In this document: piece by piece, positions 30,236-42,185 of the stretch
Layout: each line of letters opens with the position of its first letter
Numbering within the stretch: position 1 is the first letter of the stretch
Assembly (NCBI GenBank): GCA_013239625.1
Contig: MU053431.1
Span: forward strand, 1,392,485 to 1,452,484
Direction of reading: 5' to 3'
Source of the DNA: Lama guanicoe
Lineage: Eukaryota
Length of the DNA stretch: 60,000 bases
Translations under genes and position numbers: made by a program
Notes under the pieces: generated by a model
Told to the model about the DNA's origin: nothing
Databases searched by the model: none
What the model saw: only the letters and a program-made list of their open reading frames with translations

Positions 30236-32417
30236 GCTTATAGCAGCCAGGGCACTCAGTGAGAGCTCAGTGGGAGGTCCCCGAGACGAACCTCACAGGT
30301 TGGGGCAGCGGGGACTGGGGCCTGCAGAGCTGGCCTGCTCCCTGGGCCTCTGAGTCGTCTGCTGCCTGGCTGCTGGGAGCACGGGGCCCGGGGTGGAAGC
30401 GAGGGTGAGGGGGTGAGGGGCAGCGTGAGGGACGAGGGGCGGCTCTTCGCACATCGGACGCAGCAGACCACAGAGCCTGGGCAAGACAGCTCTGCAGTAC
30501 CCCACTGGGTCGGCCTGCAGGAAAGAAGCTGGCAGCCCTTCCTGCTTCATCCTTGCTGGGGAGACCCTCTGGGGCCTCGGCCTCCATGCAGGCAAAGGAG
30601 AGGCTGAGGTGCGGGGGCTCAGAGGCTGCAGGGAGCACAGAGGGTTTGAAGAGCTGAAGGGAGCATGGAGTCGGCCCTGGGTCTGACATGTCTTCACTGC
30701 CTGCCCTTCTCCCCTAAGGACAGTGCTCGGGTGGAGACACTGAACACAAGGGAAGAAGTCTCAGGAGGGCTCCCCAGAGGAGAGGCAGCCTCCAGAAGTC
30801 TGACCCGAGGGAGGCTCAGGGGCCCCCAGGGGGCCGGAGAGGAATACATGCCCTTCTCTAAGGAAGGGGACCCCTGAGCCCCAGGAAGTCCCCCTGCATG
30901 GCCCAGCCTGTGGCTCTGGGTGTGCCTGCCTCCCAGGGCTGGCCGTTAAGTGTTTGCTGGATGAATAAATGAAACCAGTTCATCTATGCAGGTTCTCTCC
31001 ATGGGTTAAAAATGCATAAGCCACGGACGAAACCAGAAAGAGGGGAGAAGACAGGCCTTTCTCCAAGGAGCCTTCCCCGGAGCTCTGCGTGGGGTTGGCG
31101 TGGGCTGGCACGAGGCCTCAGGAGGGTCCCCAAATCCAGCAGTAGGGGGCCGGTCCCAGCCTGGGAACCTTCGCTGCACCCTCTAGAGTGCTCAGTGGGG
31201 CTGTGACCCACCAGTGTTACTGCGGCTGGGACCTGAACCAAGCACACACCAGGAGTCCTGGCCAGCACTGCTCCAGGGCCTTTGGACCAGGGCTTGCCCC
31301 GATCAGACCCTGAACAGTCAGTGTCAAACCCTAAGGGCCTCTGAGCCTGGCCAGAGGTGGGGACAGCTGCTCTGATAAGCGCTAGGACCAGAGGCTTGAA
31401 GCACTGGGTGAGGAGGGGAGAGGATCGCCCGTGTGGCAGCAGGGGGACGATGCCCAGCTCTGCACAGCCCTGCTCCAGGGCCCTCTCCCCAGCTGCAGCT
31501 GCACCCAACCCCAGAGCTCCCCACTGTGGACCCACCCCCGCAGGAGCCTGTCCTGCTCTGTGCCTCTTGCCCAGAGCTTGCCCACATCGTGTCAGAGCAC
31601 AAATGCCTTGCCCGCCAGAGCCGCCCCCAGAATCACCCTCCCTTTGGGGTTCCTGCCCCCTGCTGGCCCTCTCCTGCGGTGACCAGGTTGGGTGGCCCTG
31701 GTGAGAATGCTGACGAGCTGAACTGGGCCTGGTGACCCCAGTCCTTTCTGCAGACTCCAGGCATGGGGTCTGAGGCTGGACGGCCGGCTGGAGGCAGCTG
31801 CCCTGCAATGCCCTCCCTGTGGAAGGCGCAGCTGACGTCACAGTGCAGGTAAAGTGGTCTGTCTGGGGCAGGGAACCGGGTGGCTGCTGGGCTGGGCACG
31901 CTGGGGCCATCCTGGGGGTCTGACTGCTGGTACAGGCACCCTGTCTGGCTGATGCACCGCTCTGCTCTGAGAGGCCAGCAGCCCCCTCCCCAGACCTCAT
32001 CAGGGCCCCCAAGGCCCAGCCCCATCCTGGAGCAGCCACCTACCTTCTCTCCCCAGCACACGCCCCCCCACCCTGCCCCGCCCCCATGCAGGTGCGCGTG
32101 TCACAGACGATTGGGTCAGCCCCGGGCAAACGAGCAGCGCCCTGACCCTGCGTGGGCCTCCGGGGCCCTCCTCCTCCCAAGGCAGCCTTCGGGGTGGAGT
32201 GAGAAGGAGGGGCCCACTCCGGGAGCCGCTTCCTGCCGGAGACCGAGCCGGCCCCACAACTGCACCTCCGTTTACTCCCCGAGTCCCCTGGGAGCCTGTG
32301 CTGTCAGGAAAATAACAAATGAGCCAACTGTCTCAGTGCTGGGGGCGCCGGCTTCAGTTAATGAAATGTCCCTCGAGTCCTTGAGGAGGAAGGAGGGGGC
32401 CGGGGCGACTCCCACGG

Positions 32418-32590
32418 CATGTCTGCGTGCATGTGTGTCTGTGTGTGTAGGTACGTGTGTGTGTGTATGACTGCATGTCTGTGTACACGGGGGCCTGGCT
32501 GTGGGTCTGGTGTGTTCTCATGTCTGTGGGTCTGTGTGTGTCTGTGTCCAAGTGCATATGTGCACACGTGTCCATCTGTGAGTGTGTTTC
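32418..32590. repeat. Degenerate (TG)n-rich low-complexity tract
   Basis: Imperfect GTGTGT/GTCTGT repeats. Confidence 0.8.
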
Positions 32591-35479
32591 TGACTTGAGC
32601 CTAGGGTAGGGGCTCCTGGAGGAAGCTGGGACATGTCCTCCTCCCACCCTGTAGGGACAGGTCAAGTCGGAGAAATGTCCCCTCTCCCTACACAAGTGGC
32701 ATTGACTGTAGGACCAGGTCTGGGGCCAGGGAAGGGGTCAAGAAGCTCTCGAGTCAGCCCCTCCCCCAGTCACTGGCCGGCTGCATGCAGACTTGAGCAC
32801 ACACTCACACACGCAGCGGGACAACACAACACGTGAAGCGTGGGCAGCCCCCACCAGGCCCGGGCGCCCGGCCCAGCTCAGCAGGTGAGAGGCCTGGCGA
32901 GGCAGCACCCTTTGGGTCCTGCCGGGGGGCTAAGGGAACTTCGCTTAGGAAGCAGCTCGTTTTCCTTAGGACCCGCCCCGCCAGGTGGCTGTGCGGTTTC
33001 CCACCTCCACCTGGGACACTGCTTGACCCAGGCCCCAAGCAGAAAGTGGTAGGGCTGGGTTTTGACTAAGAACAATGGAGTCTGAGCCCCAGACCAGAGC
33101 CCTGCCATCTGCAGGGGCACAGCAGGGCCACCTGGGTTCTCCCCACGGCCCTGGGAGCTTGTTACCCCAGGGGGACCCCATCCTCTCCCCCAGCCCTGGC
33201 CTGACCTTAGTTTGGGTCCACCTTTTCCTGGCGTTGCATTATTCTCTCACATTTTCTAAGTTTGCTGAGCCAATTCATGTAGAATTGGAAACACTCGCAA
33301 TAAGTAACGATGTTCACTGCAAGGCTCTTCACTGGGAAGCCCTGAGGGAGAGAGGAAGGGTCCAAAAGACTGTCCTGACAGGTAGCCATCCTCCCCACGC
33401 CTGAAGAAGTGGGCATGGAAACCTTGGCTCAACAGGGCACTCATCTGACCGTTCACTGGTGGCATATCTCCTTCAGGTAGGGCTGGATCCAGGAGCCCAA
33501 CTGCTGTCATCAGAGCCTGCATCTCTCAGCCCCACTCTCCTCTCCTGCAGTCACTCCCTTTGCTGCGGCACCTCCAAGCTGACCTCCCACAGCTCACTGC
33601 CCCCAGAGCTGATGCAGGGCCTCTTGTCCAAGCCCATGACCCAGCTGATTATCTCAGTGAGTAGTGATGTCCCAGGTTCCAGTCACATGCCACGGTCTGG
33701 GCCAGAGGTGGGGTCAGCCTGTGGATGGGTGTCCCCACAGGAGGATTTGGGGTCATTCCCAGAAGGCAGAGTAGATGATGGGCAGAGCACCAGATGCTGG
33801 TCATGGGGCCACGACTGTGCCCCTCTGCCCTCAAGCCCACCCTAAACAGCCCCGTCTACCTGACTCTGGGGTACTTTCACACACCTTGCCTCCTCTGGGC
33901 CTCACCACGCCCTGGGGAAACTGAGGCTCTGAGCGCCCCTTTGCTAGCAAGTGGACTCATTTGGGCCTGTGGGTTCCATCACACCCCCAGCTGCCTCCCC
34001 AGCCCAGCCCCACCCACCTCCTGCTGGCCTCCAGGGGCGTTTATTGAGCACCTACTGTGTGCGGCTCGGCTAGGAGCCCAGAAGGCAGCATTGTTCCTGA
34101 GACTGGTAAGTGTGCAGAGGTCCCAGGCAACTTTGTCTCCAGGGGTGCCTTGGAGAGGACACACCCAGGTCCTGAGGGCCCAAGCTCCTGGCCGTGGGAC
34201 TCCTGGGCAGGCTGCCTTTCCTGGGCTGGGGCAGGGCTGGCCAAGCGCCCAGCACGAAGCCTCCTGTCAGCCCCTTTGCCTCTTTCCCAGAACAGGCCTG
34301 GCCTGCTCGCCCAGCCTAGGGGCCGGAGGGCCGGAGCCACCCTGCTGGCTGCACGCAACTCCCATGGCCCCAGAAGAGGAGAGGCAGCACCCCAAGGGCC
34401 GCAGCTCCTGCACTGAACCCCTCTCAGCACAGCTACAAAATTTGAAGCTCCCTGTGCAACATAAAACTGTGCCTCCCCCCGAAATTAAAAATTTCAAGAT
34501 GGCAAGAGCAGAGCATTAAACTGAGCATGGAGCCCACGGGACTGCAGGCTGCACACCTGTGAGCCTGCCTCACCCACTGCCCTTGCTGCGGTGGCCACCT
34601 CTCCTGCCACTGGGAGCCCACCAGGGAAGGTTCCCCCACTGTGACAGCCTGGCACTTGATGGTTAGCTGTCCCCACCTCTCCCCTTCCCTGCCTTCCTCT
34701 GCAGGGATGGAATGCGCAGAGCACGCCTCTCCTCTGAAGGACCCCAAATGTCCAGCTCTCTCTTACCCAAGCCCCCCGCTTCCGTCCCCCTTATCTCACC
34801 CCCCCCAGCAAGAGTGCTGCTGCTGGGAATGGCGGTGGGGCCGCCACGACCAGGCCCGTCCCCACTGGCCTCGGCTGCTCCCAGGAAGAGGAATGAATCA
34901 TACTGCCTTCAGCACCCCATCCCTGCTCCTTGGGCAAGTTTAAACTTTGCCCCCTCCCACCCCCGTGCCTGGCAGCTCCCCTGGCCGGGCTAGCAGCTCC
35001 AACAAGTTAAATTTAACCCAGCCCAAACTGTCTTTCTCTCCGCTCCCACTCGCCCCCTGGTCCTCTGCGCACAGATGCGCCCACACCCCTCCTGCTCCAC
35101 GGGAGCCCCTGGGAAGGGTGGAGAGAGGAGGCCCAGACACTCCCACTTGCCCAGGGCTCCTTGCCACAGACTCCTTGTCCAGCTGATGTTCCCTGCCTGG
35201 CACCATGCTGGGGCACCCAGTAGGCACACAGGCTGTGTGTGCCAAGGGTATCAGGGACTGTGAGCTGAGCGTTCCACTTTGCATGTGGCACAGCCCTTCC
35301 TTTCCAGGCAGCTACTGTGAGCCCACACCGTGCCAGGTGTTCACATCTCTGGACTTGCCAGAGGACGCTGGAGGAGATCTGGGGGCCAAGGGCAGGCCTG
35401 GCCACATGTAATTTTCTGGGTGGTCTCAGGGGTCTCCGTCAGGGGAGGACAGTAGACACGTCCTTTGACAAGTGGCCAC

Positions 35480-35845
35480 ACATAATCTTCTTCCTTGGGT
35501 CCTCTGTTTTATTCAGGCTGGCAATGCACTCAGCTAAAATGCTGCTGTTTCACCAAGAGTGGCATGGAACAAAGTTCTGGCTAGCGAGACATGAGCAGAA
35601 GTGCCTGGTGTACTGTCAAATATGCACGTGATGGCTGGAGTGTCAGCAGCCATCTTGGATTATGAGGTGACACTGAGAATGGACGCAAGCACTAGAGCAG
35701 TGATACAAGGAGGTGGGAACTGGGCACCCTGCCAACCCTGGACAGCGTAGACTTGGGTCACATGGGAGAGAAGTACATTTCTGTTTTGTTGAAGTCTCTG
35801 TTGTTCTGGGTTTTCTCATCTGTGCAGCTCTAGCTAACCCTAAAA
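35480..35845 (+). mobile_element. Old MaLR LTR (MLT1-like)
   Basis: AAGTTCTGGC..CAGCAGCCATCTTG..ATGAGG..GCCAACCCTGGA..TTTCTGTTTTGTTGAAG..TGGGTTTTCT. Confidence 0.55.
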
Positions 35846-36300
35846 AAGCAGGCAATCAAGCTGGCCCAAATGGCCCCCCAGCGAGAGAGGAGGCCACTTC
35901 GGAGTCCCACAAGACATTCCACAGGGGGAAAAATGTCTCCCAGTTCCAGCTGGTCATGGGTCTGCAGCAGTGCCCTCTATGTCCCGGCCAGCCCCACCAG
36001 AGGGGAAGGGGCCCTGGGAAGGGGGACACCTGGCGTTGTTTAAACAGCATCACAGACCCACTTGGCCATGGCACCCTTTCCTCTAGAAACACCTGGCAGC
36101 AGTCAGACAGGCCCCGGGGGTCCACAGCACCACGCTTGGGAGACTCTTCAGGGCGTTTCACTGAGACAGTGCACCCAGAGGAACTCAGCCCAGCACTGGG
36201 CACACAGTAAGTGCTCAATAAATGCTAGGGCTGCTGCTGAAGCTGGCAGTGGGGCCCATGTCAACTCTGAGCGTGGAGGTCGCCCCCTTCCGCCAGACGC

Positions 36301-36557
36301 CTCACTCCTGCCTCCGCCCCGCCCTTTCTCTCTGCCCCCGCGGGTCTGCTCCTGCCTGGGCCTTCGTAGGGCAGCGTGGTCTCATGGCCGATCTCCTCCC
36401 ACAGAGGCCCCGGGGGCTGGGGGCAGACTCACTCCTGCCTCCGCCCCGCCCTTTCTCTCTGCCCCCGCGGGTCTGCTCCTGCCTGGGCCTTCGTAGGGCA
36501 GGCAGCGTGGTCTCATGGCCGATCTCCTCCCACAGAGGCCCCGGGGGCTGGGGGCAG
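36301..36557. repeat. Near-perfect 127-bp-period tandem duplication (2 copies)
   Basis: 36301-36426 and 36428-36557 are identical except for a 4-bp GGCA duplication in copy 2. Confidence 0.95.
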
Positions 36558-37919
36558 CGCGCCACTGAATCAGGTGGGGTCCACCAGGAAGGCTGGATTT
36601 GCAAAGAGATGCAGCAGTGAGGAAGGCGCGGGATAAAAAGTTTATAAGAGGAATACATGTGTTCTCTTTTGGCAGAATTTCTCGGTTGCAGATTGCTCAG
36701 GTCCCAAAGCCACGGGAAAGAAAAAAAGAAAAAGCCCTTTGCCGCTGCTATTGATAACTTGTCTCTCTCCACATGGTGGGTTCAGCGCTAAAAATACTCT
36801 TCGACGGCAGGGAAGCTGAGCACTGTCACATTGCAGAGGAGATTTGAAAGCGGCATAGGGAAGGATCAGCTTGGGCCACGTGAGGGCCATGGCCAGGCCT
36901 CGGTGGCTGGCTGTCCTCTGGCCACCCAGGTTGCACCCCAGAAGATTCCCTGGCATTCCACTGAAGGGAGTGGGGAAATGTCCTCTCCATGGACCTGGTG
37001 GGTGTCAGGGAGGGGTGTGAGCCTCAGGCTGGAACTCCGCAGGGGCAAAGGCCAGGTCAGCAATGCAGGGCACCCAGCATCCTCGGTGCCCAGCTCTGCT
37101 GGAGCTCTGGCCACAGACTGAGCTAAAGGGATCCACCCAGGCTCAGAAAACTGCTGGGAGGGAGGAGTGAAGCCAGCGAGAGAGCAGTGGGCTGTGGGGA
37201 GGACTAGCACCGCTGCAGTGTGGCCTGCTCTCGGAGCCTCAGTTTCCCCATTGAAGGGGGGCCAAGAGTCTGTTCTGCCGTCTCACGGTGAGATGGAAGG
37301 AAGGAGGGCAGTGCCTGTGAACGTGCTCCCTCCCACGCTGCTGGGACTGTGGGACCCCAGGACACCGGGCTTCATGCCAACAGGGTCAGCTGGCCGAGGG
37401 AAGGCAAGCTGCCGCCCAGGGGACTTGTGGGCCATGATATCACCTGATCTTGATTCAGAAGGAGCTGGACCGGGAGGCTCCTGTCATCCTTGCCTGGGGT
37501 GGGGGGAAGGTCACAGGCAGACATGACTGAGGGGCTTACTTTTGGGGTTGGCCTGATCTGAGAGCAGCTCCAGTGGGACAGCCACCCCAAAAGTTATCTG
37601 CTAGTCCAGTACATCTCAAGCTCTGAGAGTGCATATGTGGATGGACCCCTAGGGTCCTGCAGGGATTCTGGGGCCAAGCCAGGTGAGAGTGCTCGGGATG
37701 GAGGGGACACCATGACGACCTCCCCGCCAGGTGGCAGGAATCTGAGATCCTGGCCACGAGCCCCCTCTGACCACCCCCCTCCCCACCAGGTCCCAGGAAC
37801 ACGTGGGCACCTTATTCAGGTGTAGATCCTGGTCCTGGAGGTCTGGGCGGGGCTCTGCCTTTCTGACAAGCTCCTGGACTGTGCCAGGCTGCTGGGCTCC
37901 AGGAACCTACTGGGCCTGG

Positions 37920-38095
37920 GCCACTTCCTTTTTGCAGGTCCCAGGTGAGTCACTTCCCCTGCTTGAGGCTCAGTCTGCTCATCTGTAAAGTGGGAATGAT
38001 GACACACTGACACATAGTATCTATTTGATCAGCTGTTGCAAACATGAAACTGAGTGAGGCATGTAAATTATGAGGCACTGGGTACTGCCAGCTGT
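37920..38095 (+). mobile_element. MIR SINE
   Basis: GTGAGTCACTTCCCC..CTCAGTCTGCTCATCTGTAAAGTGGGAATGATGA core. Confidence 0.6.
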
Positions 38096-39244
38096 CATCA
38101 TCCGCTCATCATTATTGCACGGCCCCAAACCCTCTTTGTCTCCTTTTCTGCTCCAATTTCCATCCCATTCCTGGAGAATTTTGCCTCTGGAATTGGCCTC
38201 TTGACCTAGTGAAGATCATGTAAAACAAAAAAAAGTTCCTGAGATGGTCCCAAGGAACCCTCTTGCCAGCCTCCACCTGAGGGAGGAGTCCTGCCCAATC
38301 CTGGCCAAGGCGACCAGGAAAGAGGAAGCAACAGCTGACACTCAGCCCAGTTTACTGCATCTGTTTAAAGGGGATAAACCGTCATCCCAGGCGCAGGACC
38401 CAGCTGGGATCAGACCCCACGCCCACCCCTAAAGCCAGGGCTGAGATGGCCACACTTAGCCTAGGATGGCCGTGGGCAGAAAGGAGGCTCACCCAACCCA
38501 GCCCCTCCTCTGGCCTGATCAGTATGATGCTGCACTCACTCCTGGAGTTTATGGCCAAGGGATGATGGCTAGGTTGAACCCCTCAGGGGCATGTCCTTTG
38601 CACAGGAGTCTGAGTCTTAGAGGCTTGTCAGGGTGAGAGAAGTGGAGGGCAGTGGCTCTGGGTCCCTGTGCTGGACCCGGGCCAGGCCTACAAGGGAAGC
38701 TGCAGGGCATCTCCGTGGCAACCGGCCTTGTCCTTGTCCTGGCTTGGGAGCCTGCATGCTACACCCTTCCCTCTCCTGCTAGAGTCGGTTTCTTCAGAGG
38801 TAACCATGGCAACGCCTTTGTTTCTGAGGCCTGGCCCCGCCTCCCTCTGGGCTTTTCTCCTCAGCAGAGGCTGGGAGAGCTCCTTCTCAGTCCCTGCACG
38901 TCTCTGGCGCCTGCTGACAGTGGGTCCACCAGTGAGCTGGGGCCAGACCCTGGGATGGGGGATGACTGGCTTTCTGGGCCCAGAAACCTTGCTTATGTCC
39001 TGCTACATACGGGAGGCACCGGCAGCTGCATGGGGGCTACGGAGGCAGCTAAGGCCCGCCCCTGCCCTCAAGGCACCTACGGTCCAGTCCCCCACACCCC
39101 GGCTGGAAAAGGGGAAACGTGTTCTGAGGAGGGAGGGCAGGGCCAAACTAGGGCTCGCTTTGCGGACGAGCCAGAGATGAGCAGGAACTTCAGAATGAGC
39201 TGCACGGTCACGGGGAGTCTGTCGGCACCCTCATGCGGCCAGGG

Positions 39245-39640
39245 TCCCAGTGTGCTTTTGGTACCAACTCAAACTGGCTTAAGCAGAAAAGAAAATGCAG
39301 CAGCTCACTTTACTGAGAAGTCTAGGATGGAGCTTGGTGAAGGTGCAGCTGGTTCTAGGTGACCCAGGGCTATTTGCTCTTGCTTTCCTCTGAGTTGGTG
39401 TCATTCTCAGGTGTCCCCCTCCCTCATGGTGACAAGATGCCCTTCAGTAGGCCCAGGTTTACATCTTTCTGCCACTTAGCCCAGCTCTTTGGAGGTATGT
39501 GGGCAGATGGGAGAGTTATTCCCTATCTTCCCTCTGGCTTGAGCAGAAGTCCCAGGGTTGACCCTCACTGGCCAGGACAGGGTCTCCTGCTCACCCTTGA
39601 ACCAATCGCTGTGACTCTGAGCAGCAGCCTGATTCATGTT
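39245..39640. mobile_element. Old MaLR LTR (MLT1K/L-like)
   Basis: CCAACTCAAACTGGCTTAAGCAGAAAAG..CTGAGAAGTCTAGG..CAAGATG..AGAAGTCCCAGGGTTG..CCCTTGAACCAATCGCTGTG. Confidence 0.6.
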
Positions 39641-39989
39641 ACTCCATCTACCCCAAGCCAGACCCAAGACTCAAATGGGATAAGGATGGGAGAAGCCTGG
39701 TTTGCAAAGGAAAATCTTGGTATCCACAGGCTCAGAGAGGTTAGTTTACTTGCCCACGGCCACACAGCAGGTAAGGATGAAGCTCGGGTCTGACTCCAGA
39801 GCTTCTGGGCTTAGCCGCGGAGCCGCTGCTGGTCAGTGAGAGCAAAAAGATTTCAAACAAGGGAGTGAACTGTCAGGGATGCAGCCGGAAGGTAAAGTGG
39901 CGCCGGGTTTGGGTGAATGGTGAAACGCATGGCACGGAGGGTGACGGTGGGAAGCCCTGCAAGATGCTTGAGCTGAGGGAGGCAGCTCT

Positions 39990-40940
39990 GGGTGACTCAA
40001 GCCTCCACCCGTCCTCTGGGGCTGGGAGTCGCGGGCACAGAAGCCCTTGCCGGCGGAGCCTCAGCGCCAGCGCTGGAGCCACCTGACTCACTGTTTGTAA
40101 ACTCCGCTCGCCCAGCCACGCCCCTTCCTCCCTCCGGCCCGCCTCTTTCGGGTCAATATCTGCATAACCCCGCCCACCAATTCCTGGATTGGTCGCTCGG
40201 GTCGTCACTCCTCCGCGTGGGCGGGATCCCCGAGGGGCGGAGGGAGGTGCCGCTCTAGAGACTGATTAGCATAGTCCTGCCTCTCGGCGCGGCTCTCGGG
40301 CCGGGCGCTGATTGGACGGGCGGCGGCCGACGCAGTGGCGCCGGGCTCAGCGAGTGGCAGGCGCGGGCTGTCAGTCTGCAGGGCGGCCGGCCGCACTTCC
40401 GCCTCGGTGTCAGTGGGTCGCGGGCCTGCGGGGCGGGGGCGGGGCGGGCAGCGGGGCNNNNNNNNNNNNNNNNNNNNNNNNNNNNNNNNNNNNNNNNNNN
40501 NNNNNNNNNNNNNNNNNNNNNNNNNNNNNNNNNNNNNNNNNNNNNNNNNNNNNNNNNNNNNNNNNNNNNNNNNNNNNNNNNNNNNNNNNNNNNNNNNNNN
40601 NNNNNNNNNNNNNNNNNNNNNNNNNNNNNNNNNCCCGAGGAAACTTGGGAGAAAAGTTGGCGGCGGGCGGCGGGGCGGCGGGTGCGGCGGGCCTGGGTCC
40701 CCCGGCAGCCGCCCAGACCCCGCGTCGCCGGGCAACTGCGGACCCGGGGCCCGCCTGGCCGCCGCCGCACCCGGAAGTCGGGCTGGGAGCGATGGGGCCC
40801 GGCGCCTGCCAGCCCGCCTTTGCGGTCAGGGATGAGTGAGGGGGCGCGCCGGGCAGGGGCGCTGCGACCCCCGGCTTCTCCTGCGTGTCCGCGCTCAGCC
40901 AGTAAGGCAGGGTCCCCTCCCGCCCCGGCGACCACCTGTG
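39990..40940 (+). promoter_or_regulatory. OSBPL2: OSBPL2 CpG-island promoter and probable non-coding exon 1
   Basis: CpG-rich; GC boxes, CCAAT 40177-40181, ATTGG 40188-40192 and 40311-40315, ETS-like CACTTCCG ~40394; lies 15 kb upstream of the OSBPL2 ATG exon. Confidence 0.75.
40458..40633. other. Assembly gap (N run) inside the OSBPL2 CpG island
   Basis: Run of Ns flanked by extremely GC-rich sequence. Confidence 0.99.
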
Positions 40941-41929
40941 GGTTTGTCTGGGCCCTGCAGGGCTTTGTGCATGTGTCCACCCCTTCCCCTGCTCTTCGTT
41001 TTGTTTTTAATTTGTCCCCCTTAGCAGACTATCCATACTGTCCAGAGCTCCTTACTTAACACATGTTAGATGAATTAGATAAACTGATTTTTTAGAAGGT
41101 TCCTTCTTTCTCCGCAGTTACATTTCAGTAATCAGCAGATGAGTCTTGAGACTTTGCAAGCCCAGACCAAGACTGTTGGGTAATCACAAATCAGTCTTCC
41201 CCAGGGTTTTTCTGGGACAAGAAGCCAGCGGGGTGTTAGGATGTTCCTGGCACTCCTGAGTGTGAGGGTCACCTCCCAGCTCCCAGGAAGCTGCGCTTCT
41301 GTCCTTGGGGCTTTTATCCTGACAGGTCAGTCTAGGACAAGCCCTGGGCCGGCAGCCAGCAGCTTTTGCGTTAGTCCCTTCTCTCGGGCTGCCTGTGCAC
41401 ATCTGGAGCAGGGGTCTTACTCAGTTCAGTTTGACAGACGTTTTTGGAATGTCCGCTGCCAGCCTGGCTGTGAGCTGCAGAACCTCTCCATCCACTGGAG
41501 GTGTTGAGAGGACACAGCTAGGGAGCAGAGGCGTCCTGGGACCCCCCCCTCACCCTGGTTGCCCCTTGCCGTGGTGGCAGAGCAAAGGCCCTTAATGAGT
41601 TTGTGCACTGAGCAGTGTTATCCCATCTCTTCTGGCCTCAGTTCCTTCCCCTGCGACACGTCCTGTTTACCTGGCAGGGCTGATGAGAGGGGCAATTGAA
41701 AGGATTGTCTCCAGCTTTCCCTGGTGGTGCTCCAGATTGCGCCACAGTTCCAAATTGTGGTGTCCAGTTGTTCCCTTCCCCCCACCCCCACAAGGACAGG
41801 AACTTACGGGCTACACTTCCTCCTTGCCCGGCACAGTGCCCCATGTTCTCGTGTAAAACATGACCCTCAGCGCATGGATGACTCGTCTCCTTAGAGTTTA
41901 CCTCTCCTGCCTGCCTCACCTGGCCTTCT

Positions 41930-42185
41930 GTTAATAACAGCTCTTGTCCAAGGTGGTGACAGTGAGTAACAGGTGTTATTCCAGGACTGCTGCAAGCACA
42001 TCACACTCGCTTTATGCACATGGCTTTCACGACAACCTACGAGGCTGGTCCTTAGTTATGTCTAGTCTATTCATGCGGAAGCTCAGGAGAGAGAGGTTAA
42101 CTGACTGACTCTAAATCACACGGTAGTAAGTTACAGTGCAGGGATTTGAACCCAGGCAGTCTGGCTCCAGAGTTCACACTCTTGC
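41930..42185 (-). mobile_element. MIR SINE
   Basis: CACGACAACCTACGAGG..GAGAGGTTAACTGACT..GGGATTTGAACCCAGGCAGTCTGGCTCCAGAG. Confidence 0.75.

Noticed and set aside
30984..32039. 351-aa minus-strand ORF
   Set aside because: No recognisable domain, non-ATG start and low-complexity composition; stop codons are scarce at this GC content.
40205..40980. ORFs spanning the OSBPL2 CpG island
   Set aside because: They read through the N gap and GC-rich promoter sequence and are artefactual.
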